Assembly: GCA_002269645.1 (NCBI GenBank) | Contig: NIVC01001410.1 | Span: 186,001 to 250,000 of the forward strand | DNA from: Macrostomum lignano | Lineage: Eukaryota | Reading direction: 5' to 3' | DNA: 64,000 nucleotides | Shown: in pieces, positions 1 through 13,621 of the stretch | Numbering within the stretch: position 1 is the first letter of the stretch | How the letters are laid out: each line of letters starts with the position of its first letter | Made by a program: the position numbers and the translations under genes | Notes under the pieces: model-generated | What the model was told of the DNA's origin: nothing | Databases searched by the model: none | The model's input: the letters and a program-made list of their open reading frames with translations, nothing else

Positions 1-3000
1 CGTCCTACTTAAGTCGTCCTTGAATAAAGCATGCATGCGATTGGGTTTTGGATTGATTGGAACTGTAGTGTACATGCAATTTTTTGTCCCGACTCACAAC
101 AGGCCCATTATCATAGCATTTGTAACATGCAGTCACAGTTTTGCAATTGTAGATGTAAATTTTCAGTTTAGCTTAGCTTACAAATTTACAGTAATTTCAA
201 AGCTAAAAACTGTTTTATATCAATTCTACTTTGCGGCCATTCGAAAGACCAATTCTTGAAAGCGTGGTTTCGGTGTATAATTTGTTGTTGTTAAATGTGG
301 GTGTAGAGCTAGGCGATCTCCTCAGGAGAGCTCAGGGAAGGGCTCTACCGCTGGATGGTGATTCCACCAGGGGCATATAGCCCGGGTCACCAGGATTGGA
401 GCTAGGAGTCTTGCCCTATCGACTGCAGGGCTCAACAAATTGAGGAGGACACCGAGGACCCAAACAGCGGAATCAGGTAGACGAGTTTTAAGGACTGCCC
501 CCAGGCCACCACCCCAACTGCATGCCATAAACCCTAGTGTGTGCGCGCAAAAAGAGAATTGGAAAGAAAAATGTTGGAAAGTTTTTGAAAAGCAGATCCA
601 AGAGCGGGACCCACAGAATACCCCTCGGCATTGTTTTTACCTATAACAATGCACCCAGGGCTACGGAAAAGGCTTTCAGATTGGAATGAGACTGGGCAGC
701 TTAATTATTTCACCATGGGCGGGGTCTCCTATCAGGTAGCTTGGCTGCCCTCACACCTCCAGTGCTGCAAGCCACAAATTGGCTTCTTCGCTACCAACTC
801 TAATTGCCCAAGCCAAGGGTAGAGCATGAGACACACCAGAGCAAAATTACACCGCGGGCTCATGAGCCGCGGTTTTCCCCGATTCGGGACCGATCTTTTG
901 GGACGCCTGTCCCCAGTCAGAGATGAGAGCCAAGACACTTATAGCAGGGAGACAACCAGAGGAGACAGCAGATACATGTAGACCGAGGGAGCAGATGGAC
1001 CAAAAGGCAGAGATCATCATAACTCCTAAGATGGAACGGCCATAACCGAAAAGAAAAACCAAATAAAACGGTAATAAAAACAAATAGAGGAGGATCACCT
1101 GAACCTTTTTGCGGCTCAACCACAGGGCTGCTGGCATCAACTGGACTCTATCGTAAACTTTGTGAATGGTCGTCTCTCCTGCTCGGCGGGTACAACCGCG
1201 AGGCTTAACAAGTCCTTGATCTACCGTCCAGCATCACATTCACTCCAGGTACGCCCCCCTAGAACCAAGGCAGGGCAGAAAAGAGAGAAGTTATTTTTGG
1301 AGTGGACATCACCTCCGGTGAGGCCACTTAAATTGAGCCACCCGATTGGGCAGGTCAATAGGATTCCGCACAAGCCGACGATCGAGAAACGCCACCAGTA
1401 ATTGCAGCCCAAAAAAACAGTCAGAGACCGTATCGGTGTATTTAAGTGTACTACTTCTAAAAATGGTGTCAAAATGGTATAAAAACTGTAAAATTCAGAA
1501 GTAGCATCATGCTTTTTAAATGAATTTTCCAGAATTACGAATTTGTAAAAAATGTTAAAAATCATAAGACGCAATTAATTAATGGAAATTGAATTTAGAA
1601 ATTAACATAATAATAATTAAATATTATATTATTAAACTATTATTTATTTCATATTATGCCCTGCTCATCGAAATTATTCTCAAAGTCAAATCTTTTTTCT
1701 CAGTTGACCAATTCGCTTGGACCTCTTCTGCTGCTGCTCCACACCGCTTGAATTCTATGCACGTGTTATTAATGTAAATAATTACAATTTAAGCGAACCA
1801 TTAATGTAGGCTTATCCGCTTGATGTACGAAAAACATGTTTCTGCTAAACTTAAATCATTTAATATTGTTTTGTTTTTATTATAAATGCATCGTCGTAAG
1901 TTTTTAAATCACATTCGGTCATCAAATAAATTTATATAACGATTGTTGTTGATTGCCTATTTATTTCAATCTATCGACATGGTTTTCTTGACGAAGCAGA
2001 GCCGTATTAGAAGGTATAGACAGTATCAGATAGTACAGAAAATCTTAAGTAATATATCATGATAATTAATAATAGAATATGTATCCACTCATGGGGCAAA
2101 ATTGTCATGCTAAGCTAATTATCCCAATGCACGAAGCACAATACATACAGTCAGTGTACGAATTATTTTGATCAGAAAAAAATAGTACTTCTTGAACGAT
2201 TGAACTCATTATTAATGTTAAGCAAATAGTAGATCTAATCTGAGAATATTTATAATTTATTTTTTGCTGCAGCAGGTAATAATGAATTGAGCCAAATTCC
2301 AATGAACCATTTAAAAAATCCATTATTATTCTTCCTTTTTCTAATACTAATAGTAATACTTGGGCAGCCAAATTGGGCTTGGACTACTATAGTCTATAAT
2401 TTTGGATGTCTTTGTTTAAAAATATCATCTTAACTCTAACTATATGATATCATTTGTTGAATACTTGAAATTGAATAGGCCCCTATCATTATATCAATAT
2501 GACAATAATAGGATATGTAGACCTAACTTTGGCCAATTGGTTTTTACTTTTTACCAATTTTGAAACCAATGTTAAAATGTACATAGTGGGAGCAGGATGG
2601 CTATATACTAGATAACAAAATTGTGGGATGGCTGCCTAAGGCGAAGGGGTAAAGGATAAGTGAATCATTATATGGAATAATGCACATCAGCACATGTCTA
2701 TGTACATTTTAACATTGGTTTTAATTAATGTCAGTAACAACCAGTGTTGGGCACCAATCCATTAATAAGTGTTAATCCATTAATTATCATTAAGATTTTT
2801 CATGAATGTTAATAGACTATTCAGTAGTGTAGCTAGGATTTTGAAAGGGGAAGATAACTCTAAGGAACAAAATTGTAGACTAATGAAATAGTTTTTTGGC
2901 AATTTTTCTATTAAAAATACATTTAAAAAGTATCAAAACCATGTTTATTAGGCTAAAAAACTTTCTTTTGGTAAAATGAAAATAAACCTGATAGATATCT

Positions 3001-4699
3001 ATCCTGACCATACCATTTTAGGAACTAAGGATTCATGGAAATATTGTTTAAAACATTTTAATAGTAATTTACAATTGAAATAAGCCAATTTTTGGCAATT
3101 TTAATAGGTCTAAGCCACTTTATTTTGATTTTTTTCAAAAAATCTCTTTTTTTCATTGCCTTTAAATTATCAAAAGGGGGGATACATCCTTATACCCCCC
3201 TTAGCTATGCTATTGAGACTATGGTTAAGATTTTTTGAACTTACAAATTAACAAATTTGCATTAATAATTTTGTAAGTTGACAAAAAATTCATCATTAAT
3301 GTTAATGGCAATGTCAATGTTTAAAAAAGCAAAGAAAGAACAAAAATTTAAGTCTAAAAAGAAGTTACAACATTACAAATATATTTGAATTCAGGCCTAC
3401 CCCTACCTAAATGCCTAATTAATATCTTTGTTTATGATAACAATCATGCAAATGTAACAATTTCTTATTAATGAAATTAAATAATAAATTAAAATTATAA
3501 ACTTTATTGCTTGCACATAAGCATCAATTGCTTTTATTCACTTCTTTCCCCAATCCTTTTGTAACTTTCTGCTATGCCTGCTAATGCTAATAAAACAACC
3601 TTCTTATTTGGATTTTATTATTAACTTTATTAAACTTGCATCACTGACTGAATAAGCAAGTGTCACAAGCAGAAGAGTGAATGAACTTGACAAGAATTCC
3701 ATCATTTATTCCTGACTGACTGGCTGACTCATATGACTGGTTGGTGATGCTGCATAAGCTGCACTGTTCCAGTTTAAGAATTCAATATGAGAGCTGTCCA
3801 CTTGCTCTGAAGGTGTTGGACAACTCAGCTTGTTAGCCTATTTCTAATTGTATTGAGATTTTTCATGAAAATTAATCAATGTTGTGTTCAGATATTAATG
3901 CAAGTTTGTGTGCAGTTTCTTCAAAATTGGTGCCAGATTGTAGGAGTAATTCAGTGATACAGAGAACTTTTGGGATGACCCTTAGATATATAAAATATCA
4001 ATCCTATGGAAGTGCACCTAATAGTATAATGTAAAATAGTTTTCATTATAACTTATAATTTTTTGTTAAACAAATCAGAAATTAGCATATAAATAGCTTT
4101 ATTAGAAATTGAGATGCATATATTTTGGCTGAAATATATTCTACCTTGATAATAGGCTATTCTTTCTTTCTTTGAGTATAAGTTTCTTAAAAAAATCTTT
4201 CCTAGGCTTTTATGCTAGTTATGGCACTAGGATTTTATTTGCAATGTTATACAGTTGTTAAAGATACATGTACTAACTAGATGCACTATTAATTAGGTTC
4301 TTGCCTTTATAATGTTATATAGCATCTTTTAACAATTCTTAGAATATAATAAAGAATCTTGTTTTGTAATTGTTCTAATTTATATTTATACTTCATTCTT
4401 GTATTCATGTTCTAGAATTAGAAGGCAAAATAGTAGGTGGTCACTAGGATTTTAATAAAATCATTATTATGCACTAGTCTTTTAAAATTTTGACTGTACT
4501 ATTTTTGTATAAAGAACCAAAATGACATTTTCTAGTGAAATGACTTTAAAAAAGTTAAATTATAAATTAATGAGAACATCAATTAACAATTTCAAGATGA
4601 AGGACTTAGAATTTGTCTTTGTTGAATATGAATTGATTATTATGTCACTCAGATAGTCTAATCCCCTTGTATTTATTCTGGCAGACAAGAAGCCAGGAC

Positions 4700-7600
4700 A
4701 TGTCTGGTCCAGTCACTGAGGACCAGGAGAAGCTGCTGGACGAGGCCCTGTCAGTGGTGAAGCTGCAGGCCTTCCAGATGAAGCGCTGCCTGGACAAGGC
4801 CAAGCTGATGGACGCGCTGAAGCATGCCAGCAATATGCTGGGCGAGCTGCGCACCTCGTTGCTGTCGCCAAAAAGCTACTACGAGCTGTACATGCTCATC
4901 ACTGACGAGATGCGCCACCTTGAGCTCTACCTGCTCGACGAGTTCCAGAAAGGTCGACGAGTTCAGGTAGGGGTAGAGTAGAGGCTTGGATTGAGAGCAG
5001 GTTCTGTGCGCATTGGGTTGAGAGCAGGTTCTGTGCGCATTGGGTTGAGAACAGGTTCTTTGCGCATTGGGTTGAGAACAGGTTCTGTGAGCATTGGGTT
5101 GAGAACGGGTTCTGTGAGCATTGGGTTGAGAGCAGGTTCTGTGAGCATTGGATTGAGAGCAGGTTCTGTGAGCATTGGGTTGAGAACACGTTCTGTGAGC
5201 ATTGGGTTGAGAACAGGTTCTGTGAGCATTGGGTTGAGAACACGTTCTGTGAGCATTGGGTTGAGAACAGGTCCTGTGAGCATTGGATTGAGAGCAGGTT
5301 CTGTGAGCATTGGGTTGAGAACACGTTCTGTGAGCATTGGGTTGAGAACAGGTTCTGTGAGCATTGGGTTGAGAACACGTTCTGTGAGCATTGGGTTGAG
5401 AACAGGTCCTGTGAGCATTGGGTTGAGAGCAGGTTCTGTGAGCATTGGATTGAGAGCAGGTTCTGTGAGCATTGGGTTGAGAACACGTTCTGTGAGCATT
5501 GGGTTGAGAACAGGTCCTGTGAGCATTGGGTTGAGAACAGGTTCTGTGAGCATTGGGTTCAGAACAGGTTCTGTGAGCATTGGGTTGAGAACGGGTTCTG
5601 TGAGCATTGGGTTGAGAACACGTTCTGTGAGCATTGGGTTCAGAACAGGTTCTGTGAGCATTGGGTTCAGAACAGGTTCTGTGAGCATTGGGTTGAGAAC
5701 AGGTTCTGTGAGCATTGGATTGAGAGCAGGTTCTGTGCGCATTAGGTTGAGAACAGGTTCTGTGAGCATTGGGTTGAGAACGGGTTCTGTGAGCATTGGA
5801 TTGAGAGCAGGTTCTGTGCGCATTAGGTTGAGAACAGGTTCTGTGAGCATTGGGTTGAGAACAGGTTCTGTGAGCATTGGGTTAACAAACAGGTTCTGTG
5901 AGCATTGGGTTGAGAACAGGTTCTGTGAGCATTGGGTTGAGAACAGGTTCTATGAGCATTGGGTTCAGAACAGGTTCTGAATCTGTGAGCATTGGGTTGA
6001 GAACAGGTTCTGTGAGCATTGGGTTGAGAACAGGTTCTGTGAGCATTGGGTTGAGAACAGGTTCTGTGAGCATTGGGTTGAGAACGGGTTCTGTGAGCAT
6101 TGGGTTGAGAACAGGTTCTGAATCTGTGAGCATTGGGTTGAGAACAGGTTCTATGAGCATTGGGTTGAGAACAGGTTCTGAATCTGTGAGCATTGGGTTG
6201 AGAACAGGCTTTATGAGCATGAGGTGCCGAGCCAAATCCTATAACCTCGCCACCCTGGCCGCCAGGACCTGTACGAGCTGGTCCAGTACGCCGGCAACAT
6301 CATCCCCCGCCTGTACCTGCTGATCACAGTGGGAGTTGTGTACATCAAATGCTCCGAAATCTCTCGCAAAGACATCCTGAAGGACCTGGTGGAGATGTGC
6401 CGCGGCGTGCAGCACCCGCTGCGCGGCCTGTTTCTGCGCAACTACCTGCTGCAGTGCACCAAGAACGTGCTGCCAGACTGCGTAGAAGAGGAACAGGAAG
6501 ACTCCGGCTCCGTGTCTGACAGCATCGACTTTGTACTGTTAAATTTCAGCGAGATGAACAAGCTGTGGGTGCGGATGCAGCATCAGGGCCACACGAGGGA
6601 ACGGGATAGGCGAGAGCAGGAGCGGCGCGAACTCAAACTGCTGGTTGGCACCAACCTGGTGCGCCTGTCCCAGCTCGACACCATCGATGTGCAGCGCTAT
6701 CGCTCTGTTGTGCTGCCCGCTGTGCTGGAGCAGGTGGGTTTGCGGCACTGCTGAGTCACCTTTGACATCCCCTGAGTCACCTCTGACATCCCCTGAATCA
6801 CCTCTGACATCCCCTGAGTCACCTCTGACATCCCCTGAGTCACCTCTGACATCCCCTGAGTCACCTCTAACATCCCCTGAGTCACCTCTGTCACCGCCTG
6901 TCACTCCCCTAAGACAGCTTCTGTCACTCTCCCCTAGACAGCCTCTGTCACTCCCCCAAGACAGCCTCTGTCACTCCCCCAAGACATTCTCTTTCACTCC
7001 CCCCCAAGACAGCCTTGTCACTCCCCCAAGACAGCCTCTGTCACTCCCCCAAGACAGTCTCTGTCACTCCCCCAAGACAGCCTCTGTCTTATCCCGAGCA
7101 CAGCCTGAAGGGTGCTCAAGGTTCATTGCTCATTCTGGTGACAAAAGATAAAATATTCGATCTGCCCTTCCAATCCAGGTGGTGAACTGCAGGGATGCCC
7201 TCAGCCAAGACTACGTGATGGAGTGCATCATCCAGGTATTCCCGGACGAGTACCACCTGGCCACCCTGCAGGACTTTCTGCAGGCCTGCGCAGAGCTGAA
7301 CCCGGCTGTGCCAGTCAAGAACATCCTCATCAGCCTCATCAACCGGCTGTCCGCCTTCGCCACCAGGGACGGCAGCAACGGCATCCCGTCCGACATTCCG
7401 CTGTTCGACTTCTTTAGCGAGCAGATCGCCAAGATTATCGAGGTGATTAGGAGATTAATTATAACTGATTGGCTGCTCATGTCCCCTTTGCCTACTTACA
7501 GTAGCAATGCTTAAATAAGTAATGAATTTTTTCCTTTGCAGAACAAGCCAGACCTGTCCCCTGAGGATCTGGTCAGCCTGCAGGCGGCCCTGACAGGCCT

Positions 7601-7912
7601 AGCTCTAGGCGTCTACAAAGACCGCGAAGACTACGTTGACAAAGTGCTGGAGACCACCAACTCGGGCTTGGACAAGCTGGGCGTGGAGCAGTAAGCGTTT
7701 GCATTGTTGTTTTACCACCGCTGCTATTACGTAGCTCTTGGCAGGCTAGTAAACCATGGGGTCAAGCAGTTAAAAACTATTACTACTACTACTTCTAATG
7801 ATACTTATACCATTACTACTAATACTACTACTACAACTATTGCTATTACTGCTACTACAACTGCGACAACAACAACAACAACTACTACTAGTATTACTAC
7901 TACTACTACTAT

Positions 7913-7944
<32 letters not shown>

Positions 7945-7963
7945 TTACTACTACTACTACTAT

Positions 7964-8061
<98 letters not shown>

Positions 8062-11000
8062 TTACTACTACTATTGCTATTGCTATAACTTCTGCTTTTA
8101 CTACTACTAATAATAATACTACTACTACTACTACTGTTAATACTAATACTACTACTGCTACTACTGCTGCTGATTCCACCCCACCACCAACCCCTCAGCA
8201 TCAACGACCACTCGAATCTGTCCCGCGAGCTGATGAAGCTGCTCAAGCTGCCCATCGACCTGTGGAACGACGCCCTGGTTCTGCTCCGACTCCGGCACTA
8301 CTCGCCTCTGCTGCAGCGTCTCGATTCGCCGACTAAAAAGTCCGTGTCCGCCTACCTGCTGCAGAACATGCTCAACAATGGCACCCTGGTGCCCAGCTCT
8401 GAGCAGGTCGAACAGCTGCTCGACCTCGTTCGCTGCCTGGTCGCAGATCCCGGCGCCGACGCCGCAGCAGCCGCCGCCGACGCAACCGCCACAAACAGCC
8501 TTGGCGGCGATCCCGGCGACGGTTCCGCCAACGGCGCCGGCCCGGGCAGCGAAGCGGACAACGAAGACTTGGCCGAGGAGCAGTCCCTGCTTGGCCGGGT
8601 TGTGCACCTCTTCAGCACCGGCCCGGATCTGCTTGATGAGCAGTTCGGCGTGCTCAAAACTGCCCGACGGATTCTGGCCACCGGCGGAGGTCGGCGAGTG
8701 AAGTACACCCTGCCCCCGGTGGTGTACCAGGCCTACCAGCTGGCTATCAGGTGTGCTGCTGGTGATCCACTTCCTTATCGCAAGCTGGTGACCCACCTCC
8801 CCATCACAAGCTGGAACCCGTGACCCACTTTCCCATCACAAGCTGGAATCCGTGACCCACCTCCCCATCACAAGCTGGAATCCGTGACCCACCTCCCCAT
8901 CACAAGCTGGAACCCGTGACCCACTTTCCCATCACAAGCTAATGACCCACTTCCCCATCACAAGGTGGAATCCGTGACCCACCTCCCCATCACAAGCTGG
9001 AACCCGTGACCCACTTTCCCATCACAAGCTAATGACCCACTTCCCCATCACAAGCTGGAACCCGTGACCCACTTCCCCATCACAAGCTGGAACCCGTGAC
9101 CCACTTTCCCATCACAAGCTAATGACCCACTTCCCCATCACAAGGTGGAATCCGTGACCCACCTCCCCATCACAAGCTGGAACCCGTGACCCACTTTCCC
9201 ATCACAAGCTAATGACCCACTTCCCCATCACAAGCTGGAACCCGTGACCCACTTCCCCATCACAAGCTGGAACCCGTGACCCACTCCCCCATCACAAGGT
9301 GGAACCCGTGACCCACTTCCCCATCACAAGCTGGTGACCCACTTCCCCATCACAAGCTGGAACCCGTGACCCACTTCCCCATCACAAGCTAGAACCCGTG
9401 ACCCACTTCCCCATCACAAGCTAATGACCCACTTCCCCATCACAAGGTGGAACCCGTGACCCACTTCCCCATCACAAGCTGGTGACCCACTTCCCCATCA
9501 CAAGCTGGAACCCGTGACCCACTTCCCCATCACAAGCTGGAACCCGTGACCCACTTCCCCATCACAAGCTAATGACCCACTTCCCCATCACAAGGTGGAA
9601 CCCGTGACCCACTTCCCCATCACAAGCTGGTGACCCACTTCCCCATCACAAGCTAGAACCCGTGACCCACTTCCCCATCACAAGCTGTAACCCGTGACCC
9701 ACTTCCCCATCACAATCTGGAACCCGTGACCCACTTCCCCATCACAAGCTAGAACCCGTGACCCACTTCCCCATCACAAGCTAATGACCCACTTCCCCAT
9801 CACAAGGTGGAACCCGTGACCCACTTCCCCATCACAAGCTGGTGACCCACTTCCCCATCACAAGCTGGAACCCGTGACCCACTTCCCCATCACAAGCTAA
9901 TGACCCACTTCCCCATCACAAGGTGGAACCCGTGACCCACTTCCCCATCACAAGCTAATGACCCACTTCCCCATCACAAGCTGGTGACCCACTTCCCCAT
10001 CACAAGCTGGAACCCGTGACCCACTTCCCCATCACAAGCTAGAACCCGTGACCCACTTCCCCATCACAAGCTAGAACCCGTGACCCACTTCCCCATCACA
10101 AGCTGGAACCCGTGACCCACTTCCCTGCGCAAATTCCACTCCCCAAGATCGAATCCCCTCCCCCTCCTTGCAGGTTCCACAGCCGGCAGGACAGCGACGA
10201 CAAGTGGCGCAAGAAGTGCCGCAAAATATTCGAGTTCTGCCACAGCACCGTGTGCGGCCTGGCCAAGTGCGAGCTGCCCAACTTGGCTCTGCGCCTGTTC
10301 GTTGACGGCGCCCTGGTGGTCGATAAAATACCGTTTGATCAGCACGACACAGTGGCCTACGAATTCCTGTCTCAGGCCTTCAGCCTCTATGAGGAAGAGA
10401 TCTCGGATTCTAAGGTGAGTAGTGTGCTCAGGTAGACTGTGGGAGTAACTGTGTCTGATTTATTACAAGTGCCTTGCCATCTAATTAGACAATTGGAGTG
10501 ATTTTTAGTACCTAAACACGTACGTCTTCAATTCTTAACTGTCCTCTACCTACTGTAGACACATTCCATCCAGTCCAGACACATTCCATCCAGTCCAGAC
10601 ACATTCCATCTACCCCAGACCCCAGACACATTCCATCTACCCCAGACCCCAGACACATTCCATCTACCCCAGACCCCAGACACATTCCATCTACCCCAGA
10701 CCCCAGACACATTCCATCCAGTCCAGACACATTCCATCTACCCCAGACACATTCCATCTACCCCAGACACATTCCATCCAGTCCAGACACATTCCATCTA
10801 CCCCAGACACATTCCATCTACCCCAGACACATTCCATCTACCCCAGACACATTCCATCTACCCCAGACCCCAGACACATTCCATCTAGTCCAGACACATT
10901 CCATCTACCCCAGACCCCAGACACATTCCATCTACCCCAGACCCCAGACACATTCCATCTACCCCAGACACATTCCATCTACCCCAGACCCCAGACACAT

Positions 11001-13621
11001 TCCATCTAGTCCAGACCCCAGACACATTCCATCCAGTCCAGACACATTCCATCCACCGCAGACACATTCCATCTACCCCAGACACATTCCATCTAACCCC
11101 AGACATATTCTATCTATCCCATACACATTCCATCTACCCCAGACACATTCCATCTACCCCAGACACATTCCATCTACCCCAGACCCCAGACACATTCCAT
11201 CTACCCCAGACCCCAGACACATTCCATCTACCCCAGACCCCAGACACATTCCATCCAGTCCAGACACATTCCATCTACCCCAGACACATTCCATCTACCC
11301 CAGACACATTCCATCCAGTCCAGACACATTCCATCTACCCCAGACACATTCCATCTACCCCAGACACATTCCATCTACCCCAGACACATTCCATCTACCC
11401 CAGACCCCAGACACATTCCATCTAGTCCAGACACATTCCATCTACCCCAGACCCCAGACACATTCCATCTACCCAGACCCCAGACACATTCCATCTACCC
11501 CAGACACATTCCATCTACCCCAGACCCCAGACACATTCCATCTAGTCCAGACCCCAGACACATTCCATCCAGTCCAGACACATTCCATCCACCGCAGACA
11601 CATTCCATCTACCCCAGACACATTCCATCTAACCCCAGACATATTCTATCTATCCCAGACACATTCCATCTACCCCATACACATTCCATCTACCCCAGAC
11701 ACATTCCATCTACCCCATACACATTCCATCTACCCCAGACACATTCCATCTACCCCAGACATATTCTATCTACCCCAGACACATTCCATCTACCCCAGAC
11801 ACATTCCATCTATCCCAGACACATTCCAATCACCGCAGACACATTGCATCCACTCTAGACACATTCCATTTACCCCAGACACATTCCATCTTCCCCAGAG
11901 GCATTCCATCTACCCCAGACACATTCCAACCACCCCAGACACATCCCATCTACCCCAGACACATCCCATCTACCCCAGACACATTCCATCTACCGCAGAC
12001 ACATTCCAGTCTAAACTCCAGTGCATTTGGACCGTAGTGTTATTAACTTTTTGAGTAAACGGCGAGAGTAACTATCCGTACATTTATTTACACCAATGCC
12101 TCGTCATCTAATTAGTATTGAATGTGGATTTCTTATTGCGGCAGGCCCAGCTGGCTGCCATCACCCTGCTCACTGGCGCCCTGCAGCGCATGACCTGCTT
12201 CGCCGCCGAAAATCACGAGCCGCTTCGCTCCCAGACGGTGCACGCCGCCTCTAAGCTGTTGCGCAAACCCGACCAGAGCCGCGCCGTGGCCGCCTGCGCC
12301 CACCTGTTCTGGAGCGGCCGGCCGCGCGAACTGCAAGGCGCCGAGATGCGCGACTTGAAAAAAGTCGGCGAATGCCTGAAACGGGCCGGCAGGCTGGCCA
12401 GTCAGTGCATGGACGCCGGACTGCAGGCCCAGCTGTACACGGAGCTGGTCAACTACTATCTGTACTTTGTGCTGCAGTCCGCTGGTCAGTCTGGCAGCTC
12501 TGGTGTCGCTTGTGTCCGCAGTGTCTGGAGTGTGTCTGGTGTGGTTTGAACGTGTCTTTCGCAGTTAGAACGTGTTTAGAGCAGTTGGAATGTGTTTTTA
12601 GCAGTTAGAATGTGTCTGGAGCAGTTGGAGTGTATCTGGAGCAGTTGGAGTATTCTGGAGCAGTTGGAGTGTGTCTGGAGCAGTTGGAGTGTATCTGGAG
12701 CAGTTGGAGTATTCTGGAGCAGTTGGAGTGTGTCTGGAGCAGTTGGAATGTGTCTGGAGCAGTTGGAGTGTGTCTGGAGCAGTTGGAATGTGTCTGGAGC
12801 AGTTGGAGTGTGTCTGGAGCAGTTGGAATGTGTCTGGAGCAGTTGGAATGTGTTTAGAGCAGTTGGAGTGTGTCTGGAGCAGTTGGAGTGTGTCTAGAGC
12901 AGTTGGAATGTGTCTGGAGCAGTTGGAATGTGTCTAAAGCAGTTGGAGTGTGTCTAGAGCAGTTGGAATGTGTCTGGAGCAGTTGGAGTGTGTCTGGAGC
13001 AGTTGGAGTGTGTCTGGAGCAGTTGGAGTGTGTCTGGAGCAGTTGAAGTGTGTCTGGAGCAGTTGGAATGTTTCTGGAGCAGTTTGAGTGTGTCTGGAGC
13101 AGTTGGAGTGTGTCTAGAGCAGTTGGAGTGTGTCTGGAGCAGTTGGAATGTGTCTAAAGCAGTTGGAATGTGTCTAGAGCAGTTGGAATGTGTCTAGAGC
13201 AGTTGGAGTGTGTTTGGAGCAGTTGGAGTGTGTCTAGAGCAGTTGGAGTGTGTCTGGAGCAGTTGGAGTGTGTCTGGAGCAGTTGGAGTGTGTCTAAAGC
13301 AGTTTGAGTGTGTCTAGAGCAGTTGGAATGTGTCTAGAGCAGTTGGAGTGTGTCTATATTTAGGCAATGCTGCAGTTGCATTGCAACTTAATCGCCGCAC
13401 CCCATATTTGGTTGCCAGGCAGCAACCTGGACGTGTCCCAGCTGAGCAGCACAGCTGGGCAGCTGCTGGCCAAAATCCGCGAGCTTCTATCCGGCCTGGA
13501 GCCCAGCGCGGACTCCGAGCACATTCACAAGCACTTCGAAGCCACCGTGGAATTCGCCCGCAGTCAGAGCGCCTCAGGCGATGCCACGATTGCGGGACTG
13601 CTGGCCCAGCTGGAGCTCTGA
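4700..13621 (+). CDS. VPS35: Vacuolar protein sorting 35 (retromer cargo-recognition subunit), join(4700..4966,6266..6733,7179..7442,7542..7690,8199..8750,10174..10414,12145..12484,13419..13621), 827 aa
   Basis: The spliced translation follows known VPS35 end to end: [76 protein letters not shown]|[18 protein letters not shown]. All 7 introns are GT-AG with matching phases (0,0,0,2,2,0,1). Confidence 0.97.
4988..6220. repeat. 27-bp minisatellite (GGGTTGAGAACAGGTTCTGTGAGCATT), about 45 copies, VPS35 intron 1
   Basis: Direct reading; 9-aa periodicity in the overlapping spurious ORFs. Confidence 0.95.
6748..7085. repeat. Compound array in VPS35 intron 2: 21-bp unit (CCCCTGAGTCACCTCTGACAT) about 7 copies, then about 23-bp unit (GTCACTCCCCCAAGACAGCCTCT)
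   Basis: Direct reading; TGAGTCA recurs every 21 bp. Confidence 0.9.
7783..8172. repeat. (TAC)n trinucleotide microsatellite, VPS35 intron 4
   Basis: Long pure TAC run with degenerate flanks; source of the poly-T/S/L/V ORFs. Confidence 0.97.
8789..10125. repeat. About 26-32-bp minisatellite (GTGACCCACTTCCCCATCACAAGCTGGAACCC and shorter variants), VPS35 intron 5
   Basis: Direct reading. Confidence 0.95.
10555..12010. repeat. About 20-bp minisatellite (CCCCAGACACATTCCATCTA and variants), VPS35 intron 6
   Basis: Direct reading. Confidence 0.95.
12560..13355. repeat. 20-bp minisatellite (GAGCAGTTGGA[A/G]TGTGTCTG), about 40 copies, VPS35 intron 7
   Basis: Direct reading. Confidence 0.95.

Noticed and set aside
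320-1400. Higher-GC block with several short ORFs, possibly a retroelement relic
   Set aside because: No RT, endonuclease, gag or integrase motif recognisable in any frame; needs a repeat-library search.
4899-6323. Long ORFs (195-329 aa) with 9-aa periodicity
   Set aside because: Stop-free frames of the 27-bp intronic minisatellite; VPS35 homology runs cleanly across the splice.
7704-8336. Poly-Thr, poly-Ser, poly-Leu and poly-Val ORFs
   Set aside because: Translations of the (TAC)n microsatellite in VPS35 intron 4.
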